A program made the translations under genes and the position numbers. The notes below the pieces were generated by a model. It saw only the letters and a program-made list of their open reading frames with translations, did no database searches and was not told the origin of the DNA. A stretch of 64,000 nt of DNA from Nitrospinaceae bacterium. GTDB lineage: Bacteria; Nitrospinota; Nitrospinia; Nitrospinales; Nitrospinaceae. The stretch covers positions 1,472,001-1,536,000 of the forward strand of contig OZ245011.1 in the NCBI GenBank assembly GCA_965223665.1. Reading direction: 5' to 3'. Shown here piece by piece: positions 1-10,261 of this stretch (positions are counted from its first letter, which is position 1; every line of letters begins with the position of its first letter).

Positions 1-1
1 A

Positions 2-196
2 TTGAACGCGATCATTGACCGAAGCTTTCCCAAAGGGTTGGACATCGCCACGGCTGTACTCAAATGTCATAACATCGATGAGAAAAAAATCAGCGAATGG
101 ATGAAGCGTCAGCAGTCCCGCGCCCTCGACGAAATGGAAGAGATCCAGGACCTCACCGGCTCCCTCTCCCTGGAACGGTCCTTGAACCCACAATAA
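2..196 (+). CDS. C-terminal fragment of a hypothetical protein (5' end outside window)
   Basis: Frame open from the window edge to TAA at 194-196; no motif recognised. Confidence 0.5.
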   Translation: MNAIIDRSFPKGLDIATAVLKCHNIDEKKISEWMKRQQSRALDEMEEIQDLTGSLSLERSLNPQ

Positions 197-674
197 ATTG
201 ACAGATGAGTTTGAAAAATCCTCTCCCCAAAGACGGAATTTCTTGGGTTTATTTTGATAGCCACCACAGTCGGTTCTCTACTTGGCACTTCTAAACTTAC
301 CTGTTATATTGGAAGTTCAGGGGGAGTTGCTGAGTTGTGGCCCAACCGGCCTGGCCAGTCTTGTCACAGCGCTGCTTAATTTGCTGGCCCTTTAGTTCTC
401 TCCCCTGGCAAAAACCATCGACGATTGGATTTGGGTCGATACACATATCGCATTATACCCCATCACCGCTCCGATATTGATCGTCGTTGATTACCAAATA
501 ACATCCAACCCTTGTGGAATCGATTGGAAAAATGGGACGAAGCAATACCGGCTTTTCTTATCCCGGCGAGCATGCCGCTGACCTGCAGTATCGCGATTCG
601 TTGTGCGTTATTGCCTAATCTGATTTTAATCCCTTTGAACAACAGTTGTATTTAAAGGAAGCTCATTACTTAAC

Positions 675-1979
675 TTGATCTTTATGAGAATAGTTCCTTC
701 CCGGAAAATTAAACACGCAAACCATCCATGGTGTTTTGTTCTCGCCTGGTTGGTTTTGATGTATCATCCCACTAACACACACGCCGATGATGCATTGGAA
801 ACCTTTGGCGACGTCGCTCAATTTGCTTTACCTGCCATTGGTCTAAGCGCTGCAACCTTCAACAAAGACTGGAAAGGTGTCAAGCAGTGGGCTTTTTCCG
901 GTGGGACTGCCTGGGGCACCGCTCTTTTGATGAAACAAATCTACCGAAAGAGGCGGCCGGGTTTAGGTTCACGGGATTCCTTTCCCTCCGCCCACGCCGC
1001 GCTCGCTTTCTTTGGAGCGGGGTATTTGGATCAGCGTTTCGGTAAGTGGTGGGGACTTCCTGCATACGTTGCGGCTGCGGTTACCGCCTACAGTCGTGTG
1101 GATACAGACTTTCATTTTTTCGATGACACGTTGATGGGTGCCAGTGTCGGCCTGATGAGCAGTTGGCTCTGGACCACGCCGCGTGAAGGAGCGTTCAGCC
1201 TGATTCCTTTTCAACAAAACGATGGAGGAGGAATCTTAATCAGCTTTAACGACAATGATAAACCCAATGACTCTTCTGTTTGGATTGATAAAGACCGGTG
1301 GCGCTATGTCATCCGGTTTGGTCCTGCATGGCCCCAGGAAAACAAAGTCGTCTCACCCGCCGGCGGCGGCGCCTTGATTGATCTGGATAATTTTGCTTTG
1401 AACAGTGATTCAATAACCACGGCAATCGCTTACATCCAACGCCAAACAGGTCGGCATTTTTTTCAATTGTCTGTCGTGCCCTTTGAAGCACGGGATCAGG
1501 GTCGGTTTTCTCAACCCATGCAATTTAATGGTTCAACCTATTTGCCAGGCGAAACTATTCGCTCGCGGTATCGTTTAACCGATTGGCGATTACAATATTA
1601 TTTCGACCTGTTTCCGGACAAGAAATTGATTCTCCGGTTTGGCGGGGGGTTAAGTTATCAGAATCTGGTCGTTAATCTTAAGACGATTTCTAACACTAAG
1701 ATAGAAACCGCAAAAAGCGATATATTGATACCCCTGGTGAATGCAATTCTGGGTTTTCAATTTCATCCTCGGCTTTTACTACTGGCAGAATTAAGCGGCG
1801 TTTCCATAAGTAATCAGGAGCAACTGGACGCCAATATATCCCTGCTGTTCCGCCTGAGTCAAAAATGGGATGTTAAAGTGGATTATGGAATTTATAAACA
1901 CGATACCGAAAGAAGCGGGTTAAGGAATAAGGCGGAATTTAATTTGCTTATGTGTTCTGTTGGGTATTCATGGTATTGA
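675..1979 (+). CDS. PAP2-family (LpxE-like) phosphatase fused to a predicted outer-membrane beta-barrel domain
   Basis: PAP2 motifs KQIYRKRRP, PSAH, SRVDTDFHFFDD; C-terminal half has alternating amphipathic strands and ends in aromatic GYSWY; signal-peptide-like N-terminus (start may be ATG 684). Confidence 0.75.
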   Translation: MIFMRIVPSRKIKHANHPWCFVLAWLVLMYHPTNTHADDALETFGDVAQFALPAIGLSAATFNKDWKGVKQWAFSGGTAWGTALLMKQIYRKRRPGLGSRDSFPSAHAALAFFGAGYLDQRFGKWWGLPAYVAAAVTAYSRVDTDFHFFDDTLMGASVGLMSSWLWTTPREGAFSLIPFQQNDGGGILISFNDNDKPNDSSVWIDKDRWRYVIRFGPAWPQENKVVSPAGGGALIDLDNFALNSDSITTAIAYIQRQTGRHFFQLSVVPFEARDQGRFSQPMQFNGSTYLPGETIRSRYRLTDWRLQYYFDLFPDKKLILRFGGGLSYQNLVVNLKTISNTKIETAKSDILIPLVNAILGFQFHPRLLLLAELSGVSISNQEQLDANISLLFRLSQKWDVKVDYGIYKHDTERSGLRNKAEFNLLMCSVGYSWY

Positions 1980-2014
1980 ACAAGCGAAGAGCTTTAAAAA
2001 TGAATGGGTGCAAT

Positions 2015-2317
2015 ATGGAAGATAAAATTATAGAAGGAATCATTATCGGCGCTACTGGGGGTTCTCTTGCAGGGGTTACAGTTTATTTAATCCAGTACCT
2101 ACATCAAAGGACATTGGATATTGTTGAGTCCAATAAAATTAGAGTATGGTTTGAAAAAAACACGGACGAAAAACTCTGGCGCTCTACAAGAACGATTGCC
2201 AGTTGGACCAACCTGCCGATGGATAGAGTTCAATACCTGTGCAGCCGGGATGAACAGATAAAGTTAACGACCGGGAAGAATGAAGATTTATGGGCACTGA
2301 GGAGCAAGGTTTCTTAG
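2015..2317 (+). CDS. small membrane-anchored hypothetical protein
   Basis: N-terminal hydrophobic segment IIEGIIIGATGGSLAGVTVYLI; start ATG 2015 or 2000. Confidence 0.6.
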   Translation: MEDKIIEGIIIGATGGSLAGVTVYLIQYLHQRTLDIVESNKIRVWFEKNTDEKLWRSTRTIASWTNLPMDRVQYLCSRDEQIKLTTGKNEDLWALRSKVS

Positions 2318-3144
2318 GTCTTATTTTTTATTTCGTCCAGGACTAACCCAATCACCCGAATCACTTCCTTACATTTCTCCAGGTCTACGGCATCGGGATG
2401 AGAGATGACAAACCTTCCCAGGTCGTTGTCAAAATATTGTCCGGACACTTTGGCAAACTCTTCGGACAAGGCCGCGTGGGTTAGAATGTCTGCGCCAATT
2501 TGAAGATCGTTTCCTTTTACCCCAAATCCTTCCAGCACCATTTTACTGGCGAGCATCGAACCCGGGTTCACCGCAACCACCACAGGACCTTCCTGCCCCA
2601 GCGAATTCGCCATTGCGTAGGACCACATAACAATCGCCAGTTTGCTTTGGGAATAGGCATGCATGGTTTCCAACTGTCCGCACTCCCCCATCATTTCAAA
2701 CAAGTTGACCGGTGATTGCGCAGCAGAGGATACATTGACCACTCGACCCTCCGCACCCATAAGCGGCAACAGTTCTTTGGTGAGCAGGTAAGGTGCGATG
2801 GTGTTGACCACAAATCGTACATCCAATCCATCTGCGGTCATCGAATGAGGTGACTTGAACACGCCGGCATTATTGATGAGGACATCCAGCGAAGAGTGTT
2901 TGCCGGCGACTTCCTTTGCCAGAGCCTCCACCGCTTTGAGGTCATACAGGTCTGCCAAATAACTCTCCACCTTTCCCGAACGGGAGAGTTTGGATTTCAC
3001 TTTCTGTAATTTTTCGGGATTGCGGCCATGCAGCAAAACCTGATGACCCTTTTCCACCAGCGTCTTCGCGGTGGCAAGCCCAATGCCATCGGTGGCACCG
3101 GTGATCAAAATTGTTTTAGACACTTTCTCTTTCTCCTGACTCAT
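2314..3144 (-). CDS. short-chain dehydrogenase/reductase (SDR)
   Basis: TGATDGIG Rossmann motif, NNAG, YSQSK catalytic motif. Confidence 0.92.
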   Translation of the reverse strand: MSQEKEKVSKTILITGATDGIGLATAKTLVEKGHQVLLHGRNPEKLQKVKSKLSRSGKVESYLADLYDLKAVEALAKEVAGKHSSLDVLINNAGVFKSPHSMTADGLDVRFVVNTIAPYLLTKELLPLMGAEGRVVNVSSAAQSPVNLFEMMGECGQLETMHAYSQSKLAIVMWSYAMANSLGQEGPVVVAVNPGSMLASKMVLEGFGVKGNDLQIGADILTHAALSEEFAKVSGQYFDNDLGRFVISHPDAVDLEKCKEVIRVIGLVLDEIKNKT

Positions 3145-3183
3145 AAAACTTTTACCCTAATTTTTGGCAAGATCACTTAAAAA

Positions 3184-5880
3184 CTATCCCGTCACTCCCA
3201 GCCCACAGGCGATGGCGTTGACGCTTAACAACAATTCAGGAAGCATTCTCGGCTTTTGTTCCGGCTCGGTGGTTCGCCATTGGCGCAGAATTTCAATCTG
3301 GTTTTTATGCAGCGGTTCTAAAAATTTAAAGCGTATCGATTGCAGTTCGCTTTCATCGTTATTTTTTGTTGGCAAATTCAGTTTGCCCAAAATAGTTTTG
3401 GTGCGATTATATTCTTCCAGAATCAATTTGAGGAAGGTTTTCCTGATAGTTTCATCTTCCACCAATTGGGCATAAGCCTGCATGATCCCGGTGTCCACCA
3501 TACTAAAGCTGGCTCTGATATTTTCTATAATATGGCGCAGCACCGGAGAACTGGAACAGCTTTGCTGCACTCGATTAAAACTTTCCGGGTCCTGCTCTAA
3601 AAGTTTTTCCAAGGCGCCACCCAAACCATACCAACCGGAAAGGAAAAACCGCGACTGAATCCAGCTGAACACCCAGGGAATGGCTCTTAAGTCTTCCAGG
3701 TTTTTTTGTCCTTTGCGCCGGGTGGGTCGCGACCCGATAAAACTGGATTCAATCACATCGATCGGAGTGGCCTGCAGAAAAAAATCGATGAATCCCTCCG
3801 TGTGAAGCAACGTTTCAAAATGCTTTTGATTGTCCAGGGAAATTTGATTCATGATCGGTGCCAGCTTCGTTACCTCGGCGTGCTGTTGTTGGCCCGTCAA
3901 CGAAGCTTCCAACGCCCCCGCGACTAATAGTTCCAGATTGTATTCTGCATTCAAAAAGTTTGCGTATTTTTGAGAAATGGTTTCCCCCTGTTCCGTCATT
4001 CTGAAGCCGCCTTCCAGACTTTGCGGAGGCAGGGCGTTTAGAAAACGATACGTCGGAGCGGCTCCACGACTGATCGATCCGCCGCGACCGTGAAAAAACT
4101 GTATGGCCACTCCGTGTCGCTCACCCACTTGAATCAGTTCCTTCTGTGCGCAATACAGATTCCACAGGCTGGTGAACGCGCCGCCGTCTTTATTGCTGTC
4201 GCTGTATCCAATCATCACCTGGATGACCGGTTTATTAATGGACTCCGGTTTTTGCCAACCGTCCAGACTGCGTTGCGTCACCGGATGCGATAGAAACTGG
4301 TCCAAAATACCCGGAGCCTGTTTCAGATCTTCTATCGTTTCAAACAGCGGAACCACGGGCAGTCGACACACCAGACCCTCACTCGATTGATAAGCCACCC
4401 CCGCCTCGCGAGCGAGAAGATACACGGTGAGCAGGTCCAAAACATTGCGCGTCATACTGACGATGATGGACCCTAAACCGGCAGGTCCATGAAGTTCCAG
4501 TTCCTTCGCCAGGACTTTATACAACTCCCGGCTCGACTTCGCTTCCGTACCCAACACCTCACGGTTACTGCTGAACGGTCGTGAAGATTTCAGTTCTTCA
4601 TTGAGGAAATTAAAACGTTGTTCAAAGTTGCCTGAAAGATAATTGGCAGGGGCGATTCCGGCAGCCTCCATAAATTGCGTCAAAGCCAATTCATGAAACT
4701 CACTGTTTTGCCGAATATCCAAACGGGCGAGATGAAACCCGAAGGTTTGAACGGTTCGTAAAAGGGGATCGACATCTTTGGCGGCAATCCTTTCGGCGTG
4801 GCAATCGACCAAACTCTCCCTCAACATTTGGAGATCTTTAAACAAATCGGTAGCGAAAGGGTAACCGGTTTCGTTTTCCCGCGGAGTGTCCGGTAAGAGG
4901 GCGATCATTAAATTAATCGCCTGTCGCCAGGGTTCACTTTTGTTTCTGTCCAACGCCTGCTTCCCGGTTTCACCTAACTTTTTAGCAGTCTCTTCGTTCC
5001 ATTGAATCAACCTGGCAGGATATTCCGTCAGCTCATGCGATAGGCTTAACTTTTTTGCCAGTTCGCTCAATCGTCTCTTTAATAATTGAACCGATTGCCT
5101 GCGCATGTTGTGAAGGCTTTCCCGTGTCACGTCTGCTGTCACCAGGGGATGCCCGTCCCGGTCTCCGCCGACCCAGCTTCCAAAAGTAACGAAGGGTAAA
5201 CCGTCGGGAGAGCTTATCAGGTCTCTCGGAAACTGTTTTTGTTCCCACGCCCAGAACAACCTGCGGTCCAACTCCTGCAACACGTTGGGAAACACGTTGG
5301 TGAAATAGTGAATGACGTTGCGGCGCTCATCGGAAATGCGCGGCTTTTCCAGATAAATTTCACCGGTAAAAAACAAACGCTCCAATTCCGTTTTAATTTC
5401 TTCCTTCAGGTTGGAAAGTTCCGATGGCGTCCAAACCGTGTTTTCTTTTTTCACCAGCAGCAGGTATAACCTGCGATGATGTTCCAAAACAGTAATTCGT
5501 TTGGCTTCTGTCGGGTGAGCCGTGAGGACCGGTTCAATATGAATGCCGGACAAATACTGAGCGATCTCTTCCGGTTTGTATTGCAGGTCAATCAACCGGT
5601 CCAGCGCGTGCAGCCACAACCCGGGAATCTGGTGGAGCGCTCCTTCGGACTCCAGCTTTCTTCGTTCCTGAACAATGACATTTTGTTCCACCATGTTGAT
5701 GAGCTGAAACAAAATGGAATGCGCCTGCATACTTTTTTCAGAAAACTCGTTATTCACCGACCCATCCCCAGAGCTTTCTATCTGGATGGTGGAGGCCAGG
5801 GACTCTTCGCCTAACGTGTTGAGCACTTCAACAAAACAGGCCAGCAAAAACTTAAAGTCTTCAATGCGTTTATGACTCAT
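3184..5880 (-). CDS. ppc: phosphoenolpyruvate carboxylase
   Basis: VLTAHPTE, GGDRDG, QVMIGYSDSNKDGG, FHGRGGSISRG, LRAIPWVFSW motifs; 898 aa. Confidence 0.96.
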   Translation of the reverse strand: MSHKRIEDFKFLLACFVEVLNTLGEESLASTIQIESSGDGSVNNEFSEKSMQAHSILFQLINMVEQNVIVQERRKLESEGALHQIPGLWLHALDRLIDLQYKPEEIAQYLSGIHIEPVLTAHPTEAKRITVLEHHRRLYLLLVKKENTVWTPSELSNLKEEIKTELERLFFTGEIYLEKPRISDERRNVIHYFTNVFPNVLQELDRRLFWAWEQKQFPRDLISSPDGLPFVTFGSWVGGDRDGHPLVTADVTRESLHNMRRQSVQLLKRRLSELAKKLSLSHELTEYPARLIQWNEETAKKLGETGKQALDRNKSEPWRQAINLMIALLPDTPRENETGYPFATDLFKDLQMLRESLVDCHAERIAAKDVDPLLRTVQTFGFHLARLDIRQNSEFHELALTQFMEAAGIAPANYLSGNFEQRFNFLNEELKSSRPFSSNREVLGTEAKSSRELYKVLAKELELHGPAGLGSIIVSMTRNVLDLLTVYLLAREAGVAYQSSEGLVCRLPVVPLFETIEDLKQAPGILDQFLSHPVTQRSLDGWQKPESINKPVIQVMIGYSDSNKDGGAFTSLWNLYCAQKELIQVGERHGVAIQFFHGRGGSISRGAAPTYRFLNALPPQSLEGGFRMTEQGETISQKYANFLNAEYNLELLVAGALEASLTGQQQHAEVTKLAPIMNQISLDNQKHFETLLHTEGFIDFFLQATPIDVIESSFIGSRPTRRKGQKNLEDLRAIPWVFSWIQSRFFLSGWYGLGGALEKLLEQDPESFNRVQQSCSSSPVLRHIIENIRASFSMVDTGIMQAYAQLVEDETIRKTFLKLILEEYNRTKTILGKLNLPTKNNDESELQSIRFKFLEPLHKNQIEILRQWRTTEPEQKPRMLPELLLSVNAIACGLGVTG

Positions 5881-6080
5881 AGCGCGAGATTTAACAGGAG
5901 AATAGGTTCCTAAACATCCATAACATTGTGAATATTCATAAGTGATTCTAATGATATAACATCAAAAAAAAGCTGGCAATTAACTTCGCAAAAAACAATA
6001 ACAATGGCCTGCCTGGGAACAAGAAAACTTTTCAAAAAGTTTCTGAGGATTCTGTCGTCTTAGAAATCTACCGAGTATGT

Positions 6081-6135
6081 ATTTTACCAGCAGGCGTTGG
6101 CCTGCGGGTCGGGGTGATTCACCTTCAGGGGGTTT
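6081..6135. repeat. REP/MITE-like structured repeat family D, rearranged copy
   Basis: ATTTTACCAGCAGG-CGTTGG-CCTGC hairpin plus GGGGTGATTCACCTTCAGGGG, matching 19297-19345. Confidence 0.6.
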
Positions 6136-6381
6136 ATATTTTCTGAATAATGGAAAGGTCTCAATTCAGGAATGGCTTTTGGACCCAACGGTCTCAATCG
6201 ATTCTTTTAGATTTCTGACTGGCAAAGGCGAATTTCCCCGGGTTAAAAGTTTCTATGAATATTCCGATTCATAGTGAAAAGTTTCTGGTTATTTTGTAAA
6301 CTTCATTTTGCAGGGAGAGACTGCATCGAGTTCCATTAGCAATACCAAATTATTTATCAACTACAGTTAAGGGAGGTCATT

Positions 6382-6594
6382 ATGAAATCGACCGTGATTC
6401 TGTCCGGGATATTGGTTTTGGGCATGGCATTAACAGGTTGCGCAACCAGCAGTAGTTCAACCAGTGGCAGTGGCGACTGTCTTAAGTGGGAAAATGTTGA
6501 AGTTGGGAAAATGCCCTCAGGTGCCCCCCAAATGAAGCGCCAATGTACAAAATGGAAAGACGAAGCGAATAAATCTTCTGGAAGTGTTTATTGA
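6382..6594 (+). CDS. small lipoprotein
   Basis: GGAGG RBS, lipobox LTGC, two further Cys. Confidence 0.75.
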   Translation: MKSTVILSGILVLGMALTGCATSSSSTSGSGDCLKWENVEVGKMPSGAPQMKRQCTKWKDEANKSSGSVY

Positions 6595-6642
6595 AATAAA
6601 AAAGAGGAATCCAGTCGACTTGTGGAAAGGAATGCTTTTCAT

Positions 6643-6942
6643 TCAAAGCACGGTGGGAATGCCTTTTTCTAAATCACTGTCCAGCCCATCGTTGCCTTTG
6701 GGTTGTTTGGGTCCGTCCGTGCCAACCGATCCCCGGACTTTTCGGACTTTGACCAGATTGAACATATAATATTCATGACAATTTGGACACATCCACCCTT
6801 CTCCCGAAAAGATCCAGCAATCCATCTCTACCCATTCCTGCGCTTCTTCTTCGCTATCGTGGAACTCCCCCAGCTTGACACAGTTTGGGGCTTCCTGGGT
6901 GAAGCATTTCACAGAATATTGATTGTTTTCTTCAACGAACAA
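6643..6942 (-). CDS. hypothetical protein with Cys pairs (CPNC), possible zinc ribbon
   Basis: 99-aa ORF, protein-like composition, AAAGG upstream of TTG. Confidence 0.55.
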   Translation of the reverse strand: MFVEENNQYSVKCFTQEAPNCVKLGEFHDSEEEAQEWVEMDCWIFSGEGWMCPNCHEYYMFNLVKVRKVRGSVGTDGPKQPKGNDGLDSDLEKGIPTVL

Positions 6943-7259
6943 CGCCGGTCCCTTTCAAAGTTGCCATCAGTAGGTTCATTATAATACAGGATTTGAAAAA
7001 TTAAAATAGGGTGACCCGAGAGCGTATTTTTTCGAGAAAAAGGGTCCATACATTAAGGAACTTTTTCACCCAAACCGGAAAATCTATCGGATCCCACGCC
7101 ACTGAATCACGACCCTAAAACAGATAAGATTGCTCAAACCCATAAGATAAACATTGCATGAAATAATATTCCTTTTTGGATTTGGTTATAAGTATACTGG
7201 AATATAGGGTATTTACTTTCGACCCAAAGTTGACACATTAAAAAACATAAGTTTTAAAC

Positions 7260-7661
7260 ATGCAGAATTACATCGTAACATTTGAATCAAATCAATTTGA
7301 TCTTAAAGGAGAAAAAGAAAACCCCATTAACCCTATTCGTGGTTTGTCCATAGGAGAGTGGATAGTTCCATTATTAAATGAACGTGGAGTAAAAACATCT
7401 TCTATTGAACCTGAAGATTGGGGATGGTATTTGTATGCCGAGCACGAAGGCTCCCGCTACCTGCTTGGGTTTGCTGCCAATGAAGGTGAAGAAGTCGGTG
7501 ATGAACCGGAAATTATGATTCAAATAGAAAAGCAGAGGACATTCCTTGAAACCATTTTATTCAAAAATAAAATGGAAGATAATGACGGGCTTCTAAAGAT
7601 CGTAGAAAATCTTGCTTCTCAAATACCGAATGTCAAAAAACTTGAAACACAACCCGCTTAA
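7260..7661 (+). CDS. hypothetical protein
   Basis: 133-aa acidic ORF with EDWGW motif; preceded by a family-C palindrome at 7215-7235. Confidence 0.7.
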   Translation: MQNYIVTFESNQFDLKGEKENPINPIRGLSIGEWIVPLLNERGVKTSSIEPEDWGWYLYAEHEGSRYLLGFAANEGEEVGDEPEIMIQIEKQRTFLETILFKNKMEDNDGLLKIVENLASQIPNVKKLETQPA

Positions 7662-7695
7662 TTTAGAAAAACATTTCTCTCTTTTAATTTAAAAA

Positions 7696-8352
7696 ATGCG
7701 AAGAAAACAATCTACAAACAATCAAGGGACGCGTTCCAATATGTATAGTGAATCCAAATTCACCAATTGGGCGCGTTTTGATCCTATTGGCAGTGCCATA
7801 GAAAAATTCTATTTCAAACATAGCGAAGAGCTGGAAAAATGCCCCAAAGAACCCGCTTACTTTAAGGAAAAACTCCATTCAGAGTTTCTGATGCCGGTAA
7901 CCATCTATGAGTTAAAAACTCAGTTTCAAAAAATCCCGCAAGAGTTCACCTCCGGAATCCGGGGAATATTTTTGCTGGGAGGTTCCAGGAAACAACTCAA
8001 AGCCTGCTGGAGCAAATTGTTTTGTTTTGGCACCTATTGGCTGGATTGCATTTTTATCCTTCCTTATCCCAAAGAACGCATGGAAATAAATTTCAAAACT
8101 TCTCCTAGTCCTCATATTTTGAATGACTACAAAAGAGTGGGCGCTAAGGTGACAAATTCTACTAAAGGAGGGGTCACCGTGAGTTATAGTGAGGAAAATT
8201 TGAAGGCGTTTTATTTAAGGGATGTTTTTGTTCACGAGATCGGACATCATGTGGACAAGTCTTTTTCCAAACACAGGAACAAAAAGGAAGGTTTCGCTGA
8301 GTGGTTTGCCACCGAGTATGGATTTAAATTCAAGTTTTATTCTGATGAATAG
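7696..8352 (+). CDS. putative zincin-type metallopeptidase / hypothetical protein
   Basis: HEIGH (HExxH) motif followed by EGFAE. Confidence 0.6.
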   Translation: MRRKQSTNNQGTRSNMYSESKFTNWARFDPIGSAIEKFYFKHSEELEKCPKEPAYFKEKLHSEFLMPVTIYELKTQFQKIPQEFTSGIRGIFLLGGSRKQLKACWSKLFCFGTYWLDCIFILPYPKERMEINFKTSPSPHILNDYKRVGAKVTNSTKGGVTVSYSEENLKAFYLRDVFVHEIGHHVDKSFSKHRNKKEGFAEWFATEYGFKFKFYSDE

Positions 8353-8466
8353 ATTCAATTTCTTCTTGCATCCATCCGCCTAACTGATTAAATTTTAAGT
8401 ATATTCTCTCGTTGCGTTATTTCATATCAACGCAACCTTCAACCCTCCAAAAAAGGAACTCACACC

Positions 8467-9051
8467 ATGCGCCTGCCCTCCCCTTCAGAAAAAAATATCA
8501 AACGCCTCTATATTCTTTCATTGCTGATTTTCATTTCTATTCCCTTTGGCTTCTATGAGATCTCTTCCACCCGCGCCGGAACGTCGCCGGATTGCGTTGG
8601 GAACATCTCCGCGGATTACCTGAAGGCCAAGACTCATTACCAGAATGAACTGCACGATCTCATCACCAAAACCGCACCGGACCTCACCGTACTCGCCGGA
8701 ATCAATCGCGACCTGCAAGTCGCCCTGGCCGAAGACCGACACGCCCGATTACTTTTTCTGCTTGCCTCTAATAAGGAACGAATCGTCACGGACAAAGGCA
8801 TGTCCCGATTCAGCAACTTCGACTGGAACGCGGGAGACCAGAAATCCTTTCTGAAAGTTTCTGCGAATCACCAAAGCCAGACCGATCGCATCACAAAACT
8901 TAAAGAAAAGAACAATAACCATCCCGACTGGCCCAGAATGCGCAATCTCTTCCGCGAAAAACTTTTCTTAAAACCCGAATACCAGGCCATTCAAAAAGAA
9001 CTGACCACCCAAACCAAAGCCCTGGGCCAACAACTGAAACGTTGCCAATGA
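8467..9051 (+). CDS. secreted or membrane-anchored helical hypothetical protein; its 3' end is the apparent source of repeat family A
   Basis: AAGGA RBS, N-terminal hydrophobic segment; nt 8898-9120 recur downstream. Confidence 0.75.
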   Translation: MRLPSPSEKNIKRLYILSLLIFISIPFGFYEISSTRAGTSPDCVGNISADYLKAKTHYQNELHDLITKTAPDLTVLAGINRDLQVALAEDRHARLLFLLASNKERIVTDKGMSRFSNFDWNAGDQKSFLKVSANHQSQTDRITKLKEKNNNHPDWPRMRNLFREKLFLKPEYQAIQKELTTQTKALGQQLKRCQ

Positions 9052-9120
9052 GCAGACTTAAAATTCAAAACAAATGAGCTCACTAAAATCAATTAATAAA
9101 TAAAGCATGCTACACTATCC
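8898..9120 (+). repeat. repeat family A, intact master copy (gene 3' end + promoter)
   Basis: Segments align by eye to 12689-12775, 13774-13828, 14718-14807, 20646-20763, 24402-24516 and 43175-43266. Confidence 0.8.
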
Positions 9121-9174
9121 GCTTAAAGGTTTGATATCGATATTCAACTCCGAGTATTAAATCAGGAGGACACC

Positions 9175-10167
9175 ATTAAGAATTCCACTAATTTCTATTT
9201 AAAAAAATGTTTTTGCATTGGGGTATTTCTCCTATTTGGAATTCTCTCCGGTTGTGGCATTAGCGAAGATGAAGTTTCTTTAAGAAAGGGATCGGAGGCC
9301 TTCAAGCGCGAAGATGAAATTTCTTTAAGAAAAGGATCGGATTTCTTCAAACGCAAGGATTACCAATCCGCCTATTCCATTTTTGAACCCCTTGCTAACA
9401 AAGGCAACCCTGATGCTCAAAGCTTTCTTGGAACTATTTACCAGAATGGATTCGGCAGACCACAGGATTCGGTTAAAGCTGTGGAGTGGTTTCGAAAGTC
9501 GGCGGAACAGGGAAATAAAATCGGTCAAACAAACCTTGGAGTCCAGTATTTCCATGGAGAGGGTGTCGAGCAAGATGATACCCAAGCCGTCCATTGGTTT
9601 CGCAAGGCGGCAAATCAAGGGTTAGCTATAGCTCAACTAAAACTGGGATGGATGTATTCGAGAGGCAGAGGAGTTTCCCAAGATTATGATCAGGCAGCTA
9701 AGTTGTATCGCCAAGCCGCTGAGCAGGGAGATCAAATTGCTCAAACAAATCTTGGAAATTTCTATCTTAATGGCACTGGAGTTCCACAGGATGATGCTGA
9801 AGCGGTTCGTTGGTTTCGCAAGTCAGCGGAACAGGGACATCCGCAAGGTCAGAATAACTTGGGAGAGTCGTACCGTCTGGGAAAAGGCGTATCACAGAAT
9901 TTTCAAGAAGCGTTTCGACTATATGAACTGGCGGCAAATCAGGGAGATGACTTTGCTCATTTCAACCTGGGAGAAATGTATCGTGACGGGCAAGGCATAC
10001 CCAAAGACCTGGTAAAGGCCAGTATGCATTTCCAAATTTCCGCAAAACTTGGTCACGGCGACCATTCCGTAAAAGCCAATAAAGATATTTGGAAAAAAAT
10101 GCTTCCTGATCAAATAAATGAATCCAAAGAATTAGTTCAACAATGGGAATCGAAAAATTTAAAATGA
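9175..10167 (+). CDS. Sel1-repeat lipoprotein, probable ATT start
   Basis: Repeated AQxxLGxxYxxGxGVxQD Sel1 units; frame open upstream of GTG 9481 to ATT 9175, with AGGAGG at 9164-9169 and lipobox LSGC. Confidence 0.8.
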   Translation: MKNSTNFYLKKCFCIGVFLLFGILSGCGISEDEVSLRKGSEAFKREDEISLRKGSDFFKRKDYQSAYSIFEPLANKGNPDAQSFLGTIYQNGFGRPQDSVKAVEWFRKSAEQGNKIGQTNLGVQYFHGEGVEQDDTQAVHWFRKAANQGLAIAQLKLGWMYSRGRGVSQDYDQAAKLYRQAAEQGDQIAQTNLGNFYLNGTGVPQDDAEAVRWFRKSAEQGHPQGQNNLGESYRLGKGVSQNFQEAFRLYELAANQGDDFAHFNLGEMYRDGQGIPKDLVKASMHFQISAKLGHGDHSVKANKDIWKKMLPDQINESKELVQQWESKNLK

Positions 10168-10261
10168 AATGCCATCAGCCTGCTTTTTTAAAGAATGCCG
10201 GGGATTGATCTTTAGGATTATGAGAGGATCTTATATTGGACCTAGCTTTAACTGTGAGAAT

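Noticed and set aside
200-660. Coding-like stretch between the first ORF and the PAP2 gene
   Set aside because: No ORF of 60 aa or more and no recognisable homology
7148-7172. Possible further repeat A promoter copy (TAAACATTGCATGAAATAATATTCC)
   Set aside because: Too short and divergent, and lacks the upstream A segments
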